NCBI GenBank assembly: GCA_000828975.1 | Contig: AP014683.1 | Span: 1,537,700 to 1,569,699, forward strand | Reading direction: 5' to 3' | Source: Burkholderiales bacterium GJ-E10 | Lineage (GTDB): Bacteria; Pseudomonadota; Gammaproteobacteria; Burkholderiales; Burkholderiaceae_F | Length of the DNA stretch: 32,000 bases | Shown here: positions 1 to 9,083 of the stretch, piece by piece | Layout: every line of letters begins with the position of its first letter | Position numbering within the stretch: the stretch's first letter is position 1 | Notes under the pieces: generated by a model | What the model saw: only the letters and a program-made list of their open reading frames with translations | The model's database searches: none | What the model was told of the DNA's origin: nothing | Position numbers and translations under genes: made by a program

Positions 1-446
1 TGGATCCCGCTCGGGGGGCCGTTGCAGGTCTTGACGTAGTGCAGCGGGAAGCGGACGTCCTCGAGACGCAGGGCCCGCACGGCCTTGAATCCGAACACGT
101 TGCCGACCAGAGAGGTGAATACGTTGACCACCGACGACTCTTCGAAGAGATCGATCGGGTACGCGATGAAGGCGTAGAAGCAGCTGTCGTCGCCGGGAAC
201 GTCTTCGATCGAGTAGGCGCGCCCCTTGTAGTAGTCGAGGTCGGTCAGCAGATCGGTCCAGACCGTGGTCCAGGTGCCGGTGGAGGACTCGGCCGCAACC
301 GCGGCGGCGGCCTCTTCCCGGTCGACGCCGGGCTGCGGGGTGATCTTGAAGCAGGCCAGGATGTCCGAGTCCAGGGGGACGTAATCCGGCTGCCAGTAGG
401 TGTGCCGGTACTCCTTCACGCCGGCTTCGTATTTCTTCACTGCCAT
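1..446 (-). CDS. cbbL: RuBisCO form I large subunit, N-terminal part (gene continues beyond window start)
   Basis: Absent from the ORF track because it runs off the window edge. Manual reverse-strand translation from ATG (446-444) gives [78 protein letters not shown]...[23 protein letters not shown], a typical green-type form I large-subunit N-terminus. AAGGAG lies 6 nt upstream of the ATG. Confidence 0.9.
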   Translation of the reverse strand, partial: MAVKKYEAGVKEYRHTYWQPDYVPLDSDILACFKITPQPGVDREEAAAAVAAESSTGTWTTVWTDLLTDLDYYKGRAYSIEDVPGDDSCFYAFIAYPIDLFEESSVVNVFTSLVGNVFGFKAVRALRLEDVRFPLHYVKTCNGPPSGI

Positions 447-599
447 CGCGCTCTCCTTGCAAAATCACGGTCGGGAAACGCACCTGTGCCGCCTTTGTGC
501 TGCGGCCGATGTGTACGGAAAAGATTGTGGGGAGCGCGGTTAATAAAGGCAATTAAATTGTTAACATGATTTCGATAAACCCTGGTATATGATCGAACC
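447..599. promoter_or_regulatory. Divergent cbbL/cbbR control region with a LysR-type T-N11-A box (TTAATAAAGGCAATTAA, 540-556) and a second AT-rich GTTAAC-centred element (560-578)
   Basis: This is the only AT-rich stretch in the region. TTAAT-N7-ATTAA is a perfect dyad matching the LysR T-N11-A rule. A candidate cbbL promoter on the minus strand is TTGCCT (552-547), 17 nt spacer, CACAAT (529-524), with its -35 overlapping the box. A candidate cbbR promoter is TTAACA (561-566) ... TATATG (586-591). Confidence 0.5.
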
Positions 600-1619
600 A
601 TGAAACTACGACACGTCACCCTGCACCAGCTGCGCATCTTCGCGAGCCTTGCGGAAACCATGAGCTTCACGCGGGCCGCCGAAGAGCTGCACCTCTCCCA
701 ACCCGCCGTCTCGATCCAGGTCAAGCGCCTCGAGGAGAGCGTCGGCCTGCCCCTGGTCGAGCAGATCGGGAAACGCATCTTCCTGACCCAGGCGGGCCGG
801 GAACTCGCCACCGCCTGCGCCGACGTGCTCGGGCGCCTGCGCGTGCTGAGCGAAGACATGAGCGGCATGGAAGAAGGGGTCAAGGGCCCCATCAACCTGG
901 CCGCGATCACCTCGGCCAAGTACTTCATGCCCCATCTGCTCGGCGTGTTCCTGCGCGACTATCCCGCGGTGGAGCCGCGCCTGACGATCACCAACCAATC
1001 GCGGGTGCTCGCGCGGCTGCGCGACAACGAAGACGACCTCGTGATCATGGGGAGCCTTCCGGAGGAAATGTCGTCCGACCTGGACGCGCAATTCTTTCTC
1101 GACAATCCGCTGGTGGTGGTCGCGCCGCCGGATCACCCGCTGGTCGGAAAAAGGAAGATTCCGCTGGCGCGCATCGCGGAGGAGCGCTTCCTCGCGCGCG
1201 AGCCCGGATCCGGCACCCGCGCCGCGCGCACCCGCCTGTTCGTCGAGCACGGACTGAGCGCCAACATCTACATGGAACTCGGCAGCAGCGAGGCCATCAA
1301 GCGCGCGGTCATGGCCGGCCTGGGCATTTCGGTTCTATCCCAGCACAGCCTGGGGCTGGAACTCGAAGCCGGGCTGCTCACCACCCTCGATGTCGAGCAC
1401 TTCCCGCTGATGCGCCAATGGTATGCGGTCCACCGGCGCGACAAGAAGCTCTCGAACACCGCCAGCCGCTTCCTGGAATTCCTGCTGCAGGACGGATCGC
1501 GCATCTGGAGCGACGTCCGCCCCCACGTGCGCGCAGCGGTGAAGGAGCCGGCGGCGAAGGAGCCCGCGACCAAAGCGCGCAAGACGCGATCGCGGGCGCG
1601 ATCCGCGCAGGTTCCCTAA
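600..1619 (+). CDS. cbbR: LysR-family transcriptional regulator, CbbR-type (RuBisCO operon activator)
   Basis: 339-aa ORF. N-terminal LysR wHTH (LRIFASLAETMSFTRAAEELHLSQPAVSIQVKRLEE) plus a LysR substrate-binding domain, divergent from cbbL. Function is assigned from family plus context. Confidence 0.85.
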   Translation: MKLRHVTLHQLRIFASLAETMSFTRAAEELHLSQPAVSIQVKRLEESVGLPLVEQIGKRIFLTQAGRELATACADVLGRLRVLSEDMSGMEEGVKGPINLAAITSAKYFMPHLLGVFLRDYPAVEPRLTITNQSRVLARLRDNEDDLVIMGSLPEEMSSDLDAQFFLDNPLVVVAPPDHPLVGKRKIPLARIAEERFLAREPGSGTRAARTRLFVEHGLSANIYMELGSSEAIKRAVMAGLGISVLSQHSLGLELEAGLLTTLDVEHFPLMRQWYAVHRRDKKLSNTASRFLEFLLQDGSRIWSDVRPHVRAAVKEPAAKEPATKARKTRSRARSAQVP

Positions 1620-1632
1620 CAGGCTGTTGAAA
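1620..1632. repeat. IS terminal inverted repeat (transposase-distal end)
   Basis: CAGGCTGTTGAAA, the exact reverse complement of 2947-2959. Confidence 0.85.
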
Positions 1633-1757
1633 TTCGCCCCTCTGAGCGAGAACTTTGCATCGTGAACGCGCCGCTGATCAACGATTCCGCATGTTCGGTC
1701 CATGTTTTTGGACCCCGGAACCGGTATCGTCGCGCCCAGGTTGCTCGATTTCTTGCA

Positions 1758-2870
1758 TCACCGGGCTCCTTGAACTGCAAATTCGGGTACCTCCGACAGT
1801 ATTCGGCCCATCCGGACGATGTTGCTCGCCAACATGTTCAGTTTGAACTGGTGGTCGACGCGCCGGATTCCGCGGAACATGGTCTGCCGTATCCGGCCGA
1901 CTGTCTTGGCCCAACCGAAGTGCTCTTCGATTCGCTTGCGAATCCGTTGGCTGACTTCGTACCCCGCGTGACGGGATGTCCGCGCATCGATCGCGCTGCC
2001 ACCAGGACGTCCCACATTCATCGCCACATGCGGCGTAACGTTGGCAAGTCGGCAGGATTCGACGAACCCTGCCGTGTCGTATGCCTTGTCCGCCGCCACG
2101 GTCTTGCGCTGCGTTCCGGGAACGGTTTCGATCATCGTCAGCGCCGCATCTCGTTCGGCAGTGCCACCTGCGTGTGTGACGACCGCTCCGACAATGAGCC
2201 CGTTTCGGTTCTCCATCAGCGCGTGCCCCTGGTAGCAAAGGATCGCGGCAGTGTTGGAGCTTTTGCGAAACAGCCGTGCATCGGGATCCGTCGTGCTGGC
2301 ATGCGTGTCGTTGCTGCGCGGACGTCCCTTCCAGTCGGTGTCGGCGTTGCGTCCGGGCGCGCTTGGCCCCCCGTCGCCTCCGTCCTTGGGTCGGAAACTC
2401 TTGTGGCTCGCCCACGCTTGCACCAGAGTTCCATCAACCGAGAAATGATCCTTCGAGAGCAATCCGTTCTTGTCGGCCAGCGACATCACCTCGGTGAAGA
2501 ACTTCTCGACGGCCTCGTGCTCGATCAACCGGTCGCGGTTCTTCGAGAAAACGGAGTGGTCCCAGACCGGATCGTCGATAGCCAGACCCACGAACCACCG
2601 GAACAGCAGGTTGTATCGGATCTGCTCCATGAGCTGCCGTTCGCTGCGAACCGAATAGAACAACTGGAGCAGCAACGCACGCATCAGTTTCTCGGGGGCA
2701 ATCGAGGCACGGCCGGTACCAGCGTACATCTCATTGAACAAGTCGTTCAGTCCGGCGAGTGCTGTGTTCACAATGCCCTGAATTGGACGAAGCGGATGAT
2801 CGGACGGAACGAAATCGTCGAGCTTTGCCATCAAGAACAACGCCTCTTGCATCCCGTCGCTACCGCGCAT
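1758..2870 (-). CDS. IS5-family DDE transposase (InsH-like N-terminal domain plus DDE_Tnp_1)
   Basis: ORF 1758-2924. Contains LDDFVPSDHPLRPI...LLFRWFVGL (InsH N-terminal domain) and DDE candidates in FSVDGTLVQAW, VAADKAYD and IEEHFGWAK. ATG at 2870 has AGGA 9 nt upstream. Alternative starts are GTG 2924 and ATG 2852. Confidence 0.85.
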   Translation of the reverse strand: MRGSDGMQEALFLMAKLDDFVPSDHPLRPIQGIVNTALAGLNDLFNEMYAGTGRASIAPEKLMRALLLQLFYSVRSERQLMEQIRYNLLFRWFVGLAIDDPVWDHSVFSKNRDRLIEHEAVEKFFTEVMSLADKNGLLSKDHFSVDGTLVQAWASHKSFRPKDGGDGGPSAPGRNADTDWKGRPRSNDTHASTTDPDARLFRKSSNTAAILCYQGHALMENRNGLIVGAVVTHAGGTAERDAALTMIETVPGTQRKTVAADKAYDTAGFVESCRLANVTPHVAMNVGRPGGSAIDARTSRHAGYEVSQRIRKRIEEHFGWAKTVGRIRQTMFRGIRRVDHQFKLNMLASNIVRMGRILSEVPEFAVQGAR

Positions 2871-2946
2871 TGGTCCCGTCCTACTGGAGAATCGACAATG
2901 ACTATTCAACGTTCGACAAGCCACTTCGCTGACACACTCAGCCGTT

Positions 2947-2959
2947 TTTCAACAGCCTG
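2947..2959. repeat. IS terminal inverted repeat (transposase-proximal end)
   Basis: TTTCAACAGCCTG, the reverse complement of 1620-1632. Similarity continues imperfectly inward (shared TGAG). Confidence 0.85.
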
Positions 2960-3394
2960 CTAACGCCGGTCGGCGTCCGGCGCCAGAGGATCCGCCTGCT
3001 CCGCGTCCGGCACGAACCGCAGCGCGACGCCGTTGTTGCAATACCGCAGGCCGGTCGGCGCCGGCCCGTCGCCGAAGACGTGTCCTTGGTGGCTGCCGCA
3101 GCGCGCGCAGTGATATTCCGTGCGCGGCACCACCAGCTTGAAATCGACCTTGGTCTCCACGTGGTCCGGCAGCGCCTCGAAAAAACTGGGCCAGCCCGTG
3201 CCGCTGTCGTACTTCGCCTGGGAATCGAACAAGGGCAGTCCGCAGGCCGCGCAGACGTACACCCCCTTGCGCGCTTCGTGGTAGAGCGGACTGCTGAACG
3301 GGCGTTCGGTGCCCTCCTCCCGCAGCACGGCCCGCTCTTCCGGCGTCAAGGCGCAGCTCCACTCCGCCTCGCTTCGAACCATCTTGTCGACCAT
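2960..3394 (-). CDS. msrB: Peptide-methionine (R)-S-oxide reductase MsrB
   Basis: 144 aa. Two CxxC zinc motifs (CAAC, CARC), GWPSF, and the catalytic RYCNN motif. Starts 12 nt after the clpB stop. Alternative ATG at 3382. Confidence 0.9.
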   Translation of the reverse strand: MVDKMVRSEAEWSCALTPEERAVLREEGTERPFSSPLYHEARKGVYVCAACGLPLFDSQAKYDSGTGWPSFFEALPDHVETKVDFKLVVPRTEYHCARCGSHQGHVFGDGPAPTGLRYCNNGVALRFVPDAEQADPLAPDADRR

Positions 3395-3406
3395 CGCGCA
3401 GCCCGA

Positions 3407-5992
3407 TCAGTGCACCGTGCGTTCGAAGCGGAACATGCCGTCGATGAAATCCACCGGCACGACGTCCTTGGGTCCGACCTTGCCCTCCAGGACCCGCAGC
3501 GCGATCGGGTTTTCGATCTGCTGCTGGATCGCGCGCTTGAGCGGCCGCGCCCCGTATACCGGATCGAACCCCGCCTTGGCGAGCTCCGCCAGCGCGGCGT
3601 CGCTCACCACGAGCTTCATGTCCTGTGCCGCCAGCCGCGCTTCGAGCCGCCGCAGCTGGATGCGCGCGATCGACTCGATCTGCTCGCGACCCAGGGCATT
3701 GAACACCACGATCTCGTCGATGCGGTTGATGAACTCCGGCCGGAAATGCGTGCGTACCTCGGCCATCACCGCTTCGCGCACGAGATCGGCGTCCTGTCCA
3801 GCCATGCGCTGGATCTCATGCGATCCCAGATTCGACGTCATGACGATCACCGTGTTGCGGAAATCGACCGTACGGCCCTGGCCGTCGGTGAGCCGGCCGT
3901 CGTCGAGCACCTGCAGCAGCACGCTGAACACATCGGCGTGGGCCTTCTCGACTTCGTCGAGCAGGATCACCGCGTAGGGCTTGCGGCGCACCGCTTCGGT
4001 GAGCTGGCCGCCCTCCTCGTAGCCGACGTATCCGGGGGGCGCGCCGATCAGGCGCGACACCGAGTGCTTTTCCATGTATTCGGACATATCGATGCGCACG
4101 AGATGCTCCTCGCTGTCGAACAGAAACTCCGACAGCGCCTTGCACAGCTCGGTCTTGCCGACGCCCGTGGGTCCCAGGAACAGGAAGGAACCGTAGGGGC
4201 GGTTCGGATCGGCGAGGCCGGCGCGCGAGCGCCGGATGGCATTGGACACCAGGCGCACCGCCTCGTCCTGCCCCACCACGCGCTGGCGCAGCCGGTCCTC
4301 CATGCGCAGCAGCTTCTCGCGTTCGCCCTGCATCATCTTGGAGACGGGAATACCGGTCGCGCGCGAGACGACCTCGGCGATCTCCTCGGCACCGACTTCC
4401 TTGCGCAGCAGCTTGAATTCGCGCTTGGCGCCGCCGGCGTCCTCGGCCGCCTTGAGCTGGGCTTCGAGCTGCGGCAACGTTCCGTACTGGATCTCGGCGA
4501 GCTTGTCGAACTGCCCGGCCCGCTGCAGGTCCGCCATCTTCGCGCGCAACCGCTCGATCTCGGCCTTGATGTTGGTCGATCCCTGCACCGCGGCCTTCTC
4601 GGCGCGCAGCACTTCGTCGAGATCGGCGTACTCGCGCTCGAGCTGCGCGATCTCGGTTTCGATCAGGCCCAGGCGCTTGCGCGACGACTCGTCGTTCTCC
4701 TTCTTGACCGCTTCGCGCTCGATCTTGAGCTGGATGATGCGCCGGTCGAGCCGGTCCATCGACTCGGGCTTGGAGTCGATCTCCATCTTGATGCGCGCGG
4801 CAGCTTCGTCGATCAGGTCGATCGCCTTGTCGGGGAGGAAGCGATCGGTGATGTAGCGATGCGAAAGCTCGGCCGCGGCGACGATCGCCGGGTCGGTGAT
4901 CTCGACGCCGTGGTGCAGTTCATAACGCTCCTGCAGGCCGCGCAGGATGGCGATGGTCGATTCCACCGACGGCTCGCCGACCAGGACTTTCTGGAACCGC
5001 CGTTCCAGGGCGGCATCCTTTTCGATGTACTTGCGGTATTCGTCGAGGGTCGTGGCGCCGATGCAATGCAGCTCGCCGCGCGCCAGGGCGGGCTTGAGCA
5101 TGTTGCCGGCGTCGATCGCCCCCTCGGCCTTGCCGGCGCCCACCATGGTATGGATCTCGTCGATGAAGACGATGGTCCTGCCTTCGTCGGCGGCGATCTC
5201 CTTGAGCACGGCCTTGAGGCGCTCCTCGAACTCGCCGCGGTACTTCGCGCCGGCGAGCAGCGCGGCAAGATCGAGGGATAGCACGCGCTTGTTCTGCAGG
5301 GTCGACGGCACTTCGCCATTGACGATGCGCTGGGCCAGTCCTTCGACGATGGCGGTCTTGCCGACACCGGGTTCGCCGATCAGCACGGGGTTGTTCTTGG
5401 TGCGCCGCTGCAGGATCTGGATGGTGCGGCGGATCTCGTCGTCCCGGCCGATGACCGGGTCGAGCTTGCCGCTGCGGGCACGCTCGGTGAGGTCGATGGC
5501 ATATTTCTTGAGCGCTTCGCGGTTGCCTTCGGCTTCGGGAGAGTCGACGGCGGCACCGCCGCGGACGGCGGCGATCGCGGCTTCGAGGGCATTGCGATTG
5601 GCGCCGTGCTCGCGCAAAATCCGGCCGGCCTCGCCTTTTTCGTCGGTGGCGGCGAGGAGGAACCATTCGCCGGCAATGTAGGCGTCACCGCGCTGCTGCG
5701 CCTCCTTGTCGGTCTGGTTGAGCAGGCCGACCAGCTCCCGGCTCACCTGCACCTGGCCGTCGAACCCCTCGACGGTCGGAATCCGCTGGACGGCGGCATC
5801 GACCGCCTTGGCCAGGGGATCCACCGCGACGCCCGCCCGACCGAGGATCGACCGGGCGCCGCCATCAGCCTGCCGGAGCATGGCCGCCAGCAGGTGTACG
5901 GGCATGATGTACTGATGGTCGTTGCCGACGGCGATGGATTGGGCGTCGGCGAGGGCTTCCTGGAAGCGGGTGGTCAGTTTGTCCTGGCGCAT
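3407..5992 (-). CDS. clpB: ATP-dependent chaperone/disaggregase ClpB
   Basis: 861 aa. Clp N domain, two AAA+ modules ([16 protein letters not shown]) and a long coiled-coil middle domain. Confidence 0.97.
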   Translation of the reverse strand: MRQDKLTTRFQEALADAQSIAVGNDHQYIMPVHLLAAMLRQADGGARSILGRAGVAVDPLAKAVDAAVQRIPTVEGFDGQVQVSRELVGLLNQTDKEAQQRGDAYIAGEWFLLAATDEKGEAGRILREHGANRNALEAAIAAVRGGAAVDSPEAEGNREALKKYAIDLTERARSGKLDPVIGRDDEIRRTIQILQRRTKNNPVLIGEPGVGKTAIVEGLAQRIVNGEVPSTLQNKRVLSLDLAALLAGAKYRGEFEERLKAVLKEIAADEGRTIVFIDEIHTMVGAGKAEGAIDAGNMLKPALARGELHCIGATTLDEYRKYIEKDAALERRFQKVLVGEPSVESTIAILRGLQERYELHHGVEITDPAIVAAAELSHRYITDRFLPDKAIDLIDEAAARIKMEIDSKPESMDRLDRRIIQLKIEREAVKKENDESSRKRLGLIETEIAQLEREYADLDEVLRAEKAAVQGSTNIKAEIERLRAKMADLQRAGQFDKLAEIQYGTLPQLEAQLKAAEDAGGAKREFKLLRKEVGAEEIAEVVSRATGIPVSKMMQGEREKLLRMEDRLRQRVVGQDEAVRLVSNAIRRSRAGLADPNRPYGSFLFLGPTGVGKTELCKALSEFLFDSEEHLVRIDMSEYMEKHSVSRLIGAPPGYVGYEEGGQLTEAVRRKPYAVILLDEVEKAHADVFSVLLQVLDDGRLTDGQGRTVDFRNTVIVMTSNLGSHEIQRMAGQDADLVREAVMAEVRTHFRPEFINRIDEIVVFNALGREQIESIARIQLRRLEARLAAQDMKLVVSDAALAELAKAGFDPVYGARPLKRAIQQQIENPIALRVLEGKVGPKDVVPVDFIDGMFRFERTVH

Positions 5993-6024
5993 GGCATCTC
6001 GCGGTCAAGTCAGGGATGCCGTCT

Positions 6025-6052
6025 AGGTGGGGATCCGGGCGCCGAATTCAAG
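6025..6052 (-). promoter_or_regulatory. sigma32 (RpoH)-type heat-shock promoter upstream of clpB
   Basis: Minus strand reads CTTGAA (6052-6047), 14 nt spacer, CCCCACCT (6032-6025), followed by A. The consensus is CTTGAA-N13-15-CCCCATNTA. The site lies about 33 nt upstream of the clpB ATG. Confidence 0.55.
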
Positions 6053-6202
6053 CACCGCACTAACCGCACTAGTGGTGCTTCACTCCGTTTGGAGCCGAAG
6101 CGCTTCGCACAGATTGGGGCATGTCGTCCGTGCGCGCCGGGCCCGTGCGAAGAATGTCGCGCACGAGATCCAGGTGCCCTGCACCGGTTCCGGCCCGGGG
6201 GT

Positions 6203-6227
6203 GCGGTCGGCCCTACGGGCCGACTGC
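6203..6227 (-). terminator. GC-rich hairpin downstream of thrC (possible terminator; no U-tract)
   Basis: GTCGGCCC-TAC-GGGCCGAC (6206-6224), extendable by 3 flanking pairs. Lies about 130 nt after the thrC stop and upstream of the clpB promoter. Confidence 0.3.
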
Positions 6228-6357
6228 GTTGTGCTGCTCGAAGTCGGGGCGCAGCCGCCGCTCGCCTGCGCGGCACAAAACGCGGTGCAAGCATCATCGC
6301 CGCAATTGCCCACCGATGGCGATCCTTCCTTTCGTGCCAATATTTCCAAGCACTACG

Positions 6358-7776
6358 CTAAGTCGCGTGCTCCTCCAGGAACGCCCGTACCGTGTCCACG
6401 TCCGCCGGCATGCGCACGAAGCGTTGCGGGAGATCCTCGATCCCGGCGAACCGGGCAGGACGGTCGGGCAGACGGCCGATGGCTTCGCGGATGGTTTCGG
6501 CGAACTTGGTCGGCAGTGCGGTCTCCAGGCAGACCATCGGCACGTGGGGATCGCGCAACTCGCGGGCCACCTTGACGCCGTCGGCGGTGTGGGGGTCCAG
6601 GATGCGGCCGTCGCGTTCGTACTGACTGCGGATCGTCGCCAGGCGGTCGGCGTGGCTGCTGCGGCCGGAGCGGAAGCCGCTGGCCGCCACGGCGTCCCAG
6701 TACGGCGTGTCTTTCAGGTCGAACGCGCCGCGGGTGTCCAGCTCCCACCAGAGTTCGCGCAGCACCGCGGGATCGCGGCCGACGATATCGAAGATAAAGC
6801 GCTCGAAATTCGAGGCCTTGGAGATGTCCATCGACGGGCTGCTGGTGACGTGGGTCTCCTGGGCGCCGCGCACCCGGTAGCGCCCGGTGCGGAAGAACTC
6901 GTCGAGTACGTCGTTTTCGTTCGTCGCCACCACCAGGCGACGGATCGGCAGGCCCATCTGGCGCGCGATCCACCCCGCGAGCACGTTGCCGAAGTTTCCG
7001 GACGGGACACAGAAATCGACCGGGCGGTCTTCGTGGGTGGCACCGGGCGTCACGGCGAAATAGCCGCGGAAATAGTAGACCACCTGGGCGACGATGCGCG
7101 CCCAGTTGATCGAGTTGACGGCGCCCAGGCGGTGCGCGCGCTTGAATTCGACATCGGCACCGATTCGCTTGACGAGGTCCTGGCAGTCGTCGAAGCTGCC
7201 CTCGATCGCAAGGTTGAAGATGTTCTCGTCCTGCAGCGAGTACATCTGCGCGCGCTGGAATGCGCTCATCCGGCCGAAGGGCGACAACATGAACACGCGC
7301 ACGCCCGGCCGGCCGCGCATCGCCACTTCAGCGGCCGAGCCGGTGTCGCCCGAGGTCGCGCCGAGGATGTTGAGGCGTTCCCCGCGGCGCGCCAGTTCGG
7401 CTTCGAAAAGCGCGCCGAGGAGTTGCATCGCCATGTCCTTGAAGGCGAGCGTGGGGCCGTTGGACAACTGGAGCAGATGCAGGCCGGGTTCGAGTTCCGC
7501 CACCGGCGTGATCGCCTCGGTGCCGAACACCGCGCTCGTGTAGGTACCGCGCACGATCGCTTCCAGCGCTCCGGGTTCGTAGTCGTCCGCGAACCGGCGC
7601 AAGATCGCGATCGCGAGTTCGGCGTAGGGCAGGCCGCGCAGTTGCGCCCGCTCCGCAGCGTCGAACCGGGGGTAGTGTTCCGGCACGGCCAGGCCGCCAT
7701 CGGGCGCCAGGCCTTCGAGCAGGACGTCGCGGAACGATGCCGGGGCCATGCGGCCGCGGGTGGAGCAGTACTTCAC
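6358..7776 (-). CDS. thrC: Threonine synthase
   Basis: 472 aa, MKYCSTRG... with a PLP-lysine context (TLAFKDMAMQ). The GTG start overlaps the hom TGA stop (GTGA). Confidence 0.95.
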   Translation of the reverse strand: MKYCSTRGRMAPASFRDVLLEGLAPDGGLAVPEHYPRFDAAERAQLRGLPYAELAIAILRRFADDYEPGALEAIVRGTYTSAVFGTEAITPVAELEPGLHLLQLSNGPTLAFKDMAMQLLGALFEAELARRGERLNILGATSGDTGSAAEVAMRGRPGVRVFMLSPFGRMSAFQRAQMYSLQDENIFNLAIEGSFDDCQDLVKRIGADVEFKRAHRLGAVNSINWARIVAQVVYYFRGYFAVTPGATHEDRPVDFCVPSGNFGNVLAGWIARQMGLPIRRLVVATNENDVLDEFFRTGRYRVRGAQETHVTSSPSMDISKASNFERFIFDIVGRDPAVLRELWWELDTRGAFDLKDTPYWDAVAASGFRSGRSSHADRLATIRSQYERDGRILDPHTADGVKVARELRDPHVPMVCLETALPTKFAETIREAIGRLPDRPARFAGIEDLPQRFVRMPADVDTVRAFLEEHAT

Positions 7777-9083
7777 GAGAGAGACTCCTGTCGAATGCGG
7801 ATCACCGGTGCCAGCACCGTTTCGAGCGCCTCGATGCGACGCAAGGCTTCGTTGACGTCGCGTTCGCGCGCTTCGTGGGTCAGCATGATGATCTCGGTCC
7901 GATTTTCGCCTTCGGCCGGTTCCCGCTGGAACATCGCGTCGATCGAAATGCGGAAATCGGCCAGGATGCGCGCGATGTCGGCAAGGACCCCGGGGCGGTC
8001 GGACACCAGGATGCGGAAATAATAGGAGGTGACCGTGTCCTCGATCGACAGCCAGGGCTGCGGCACCAGGGCTTCGGGCTGGAATGCGAGGTGCGGCACC
8101 CGGTCCTCCGGGTCGGCGGTGTGGAGGCGAGTGATGTCGACCAGATCCGCCACCACCGCGGACGCGGTCGGTTCGGCACCCGCTCCCGGGCCGTAGTAGA
8201 GGGTTGCGCCGACCGCGTCGCCCTTGACGACCACCGCGTTCATTGCCCCTTCGACGTTGGCCACGAGGCGCTTGGCGGGAACCAGCGTGGGATGCACGCG
8301 CAGTTCGATGCCGGCCGGGGTGCGCCGCGTGATGCCCAGCAGCTTGACCCGATACCCCAGTTGCTCGGCATAGCGGATGTCCGCGGCCGCCAGGCCGGCG
8401 ATGCCCTCGACGTGCGCCGCCTCGAACCGGATCGGCACCCCGAAGGCGATCGCCGAGAGGATCGAGAGCTTGTGCGCCGCATCCGTGCCGTGGATGTCGA
8501 AGCTGGGGTCCGCCTCGGCGTAGCCCAGCTGCTGCGCCTCGCGCAGCGCGTCATCGAACGACGCACCGGTGTCGCGCATGCGCGAAAGGATGAAGTTGCT
8601 GGTGCCGTTGATGATGCCCGCCAGCCACTCGATGCGGTTGCCGGTGAGTCCTTCGCGCAAGGCCTTGATGATCGGGATGCCGCCGGCGACGGCGGCTTCG
8701 AACGCCACCATCACGCCCATCTTCTGCGCCGCGGCAAAGATCTCGTTGCCATGGTGGGCGAGCAGCGCCTTGTTGGCGGTGACCACGTGCTTGTCATGGG
8801 CAATCGCATCGAGCACCAGTTCGCGCGCGGGCTCGCAGCCGCCGATCAGTTCGACGACGATGTCGACGTCCGGGTCGCAGACGACGTCCTGCGGCCGATC
8901 GGTAACGGGAATCGCGTCACCCAGCCATGCGCGGGCGCGCGGTACGTCGCGCACCGCCGCCCGGACGATTTCGATGCCGCGTCCCGCGCGGCGGCGGATC
9001 TCCTCCTGGTTGCGGCGCAGCACGTCGAAGGTGCCGCGGCCGACCGTACCCAGGCCCAACAGTCCCACTCGCAGCGGTTTCAT
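7773..9083 (-). CDS. hom: Homoserine dehydrogenase (with C-terminal ACT domain)
   Basis: 436 aa from ATG 9083 ([17 protein letters not shown], a Rossmann motif). The track ORF 7773-10748 simply stays open upstream. The ATG overlaps the aminotransferase stop (ATGA). Confidence 0.93.
   Translation of the reverse strand: MKPLRVGLLGLGTVGRGTFDVLRRNQEEIRRRAGRGIEIVRAAVRDVPRARAWLGDAIPVTDRPQDVVCDPDVDIVVELIGGCEPARELVLDAIAHDKHVVTANKALLAHHGNEIFAAAQKMGVMVAFEAAVAGGIPIIKALREGLTGNRIEWLAGIINGTSNFILSRMRDTGASFDDALREAQQLGYAEADPSFDIHGTDAAHKLSILSAIAFGVPIRFEAAHVEGIAGLAAADIRYAEQLGYRVKLLGITRRTPAGIELRVHPTLVPAKRLVANVEGAMNAVVVKGDAVGATLYYGPGAGAEPTASAVVADLVDITRLHTADPEDRVPHLAFQPEALVPQPWLSIEDTVTSYYFRILVSDRPGVLADIARILADFRISIDAMFQREPAEGENRTEIIMLTHEARERDVNEALRRIEALETVLAPVIRIRQESLS

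Larger units (their letters stand above)
1620..2959 (-). mobile_element. IS5-family insertion sequence (1340 bp), intact, flanked by a 4-bp CTAA target-site duplication
   Basis: 13-bp perfect terminal inverted repeats CAGGCTGTTGAAA (1620-1632 and reverse complement of 2947-2959). Direct repeat CTAA at 1616-1619 and 2960-2963. A single DDE transposase ORF lies inside. A 4-bp CTAA/YTAR duplication is the hallmark of the IS5 group. Confidence 0.85.

Noticed and set aside
1662-2963. 433-aa plus-strand ORF inside the IS element.
   Set aside because: It is antisense to the clearly recognisable DDE transposase, and I recognise no domain in it.
3080-5281. 733-aa plus-strand ORF antisense to clpB. 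Similar very long antisense ORFs occur at 6121-8022, 7737-9281, 8927-10894, 13152-14666, 18325-20574, 20322-23171, 23763-26654 and 26155-27885.
   Set aside because: Each lies fully opposite a strongly recognisable conserved gene. Their translations are Arg/Ala/Gly/Pro-rich low-complexity sequence with no recognisable domains. Long stop-free antisense frames are expected in GC-rich DNA.
6027-6357. Several 60-250-aa ORFs in the thrC-clpB spacer (for example 6080-6349 minus, 6010-6297 minus).
   Set aside because: They have no RBS, odd composition, and overlap the promoter and hairpin elements. The spacer is more simply explained as thrC terminator plus clpB regulatory DNA.
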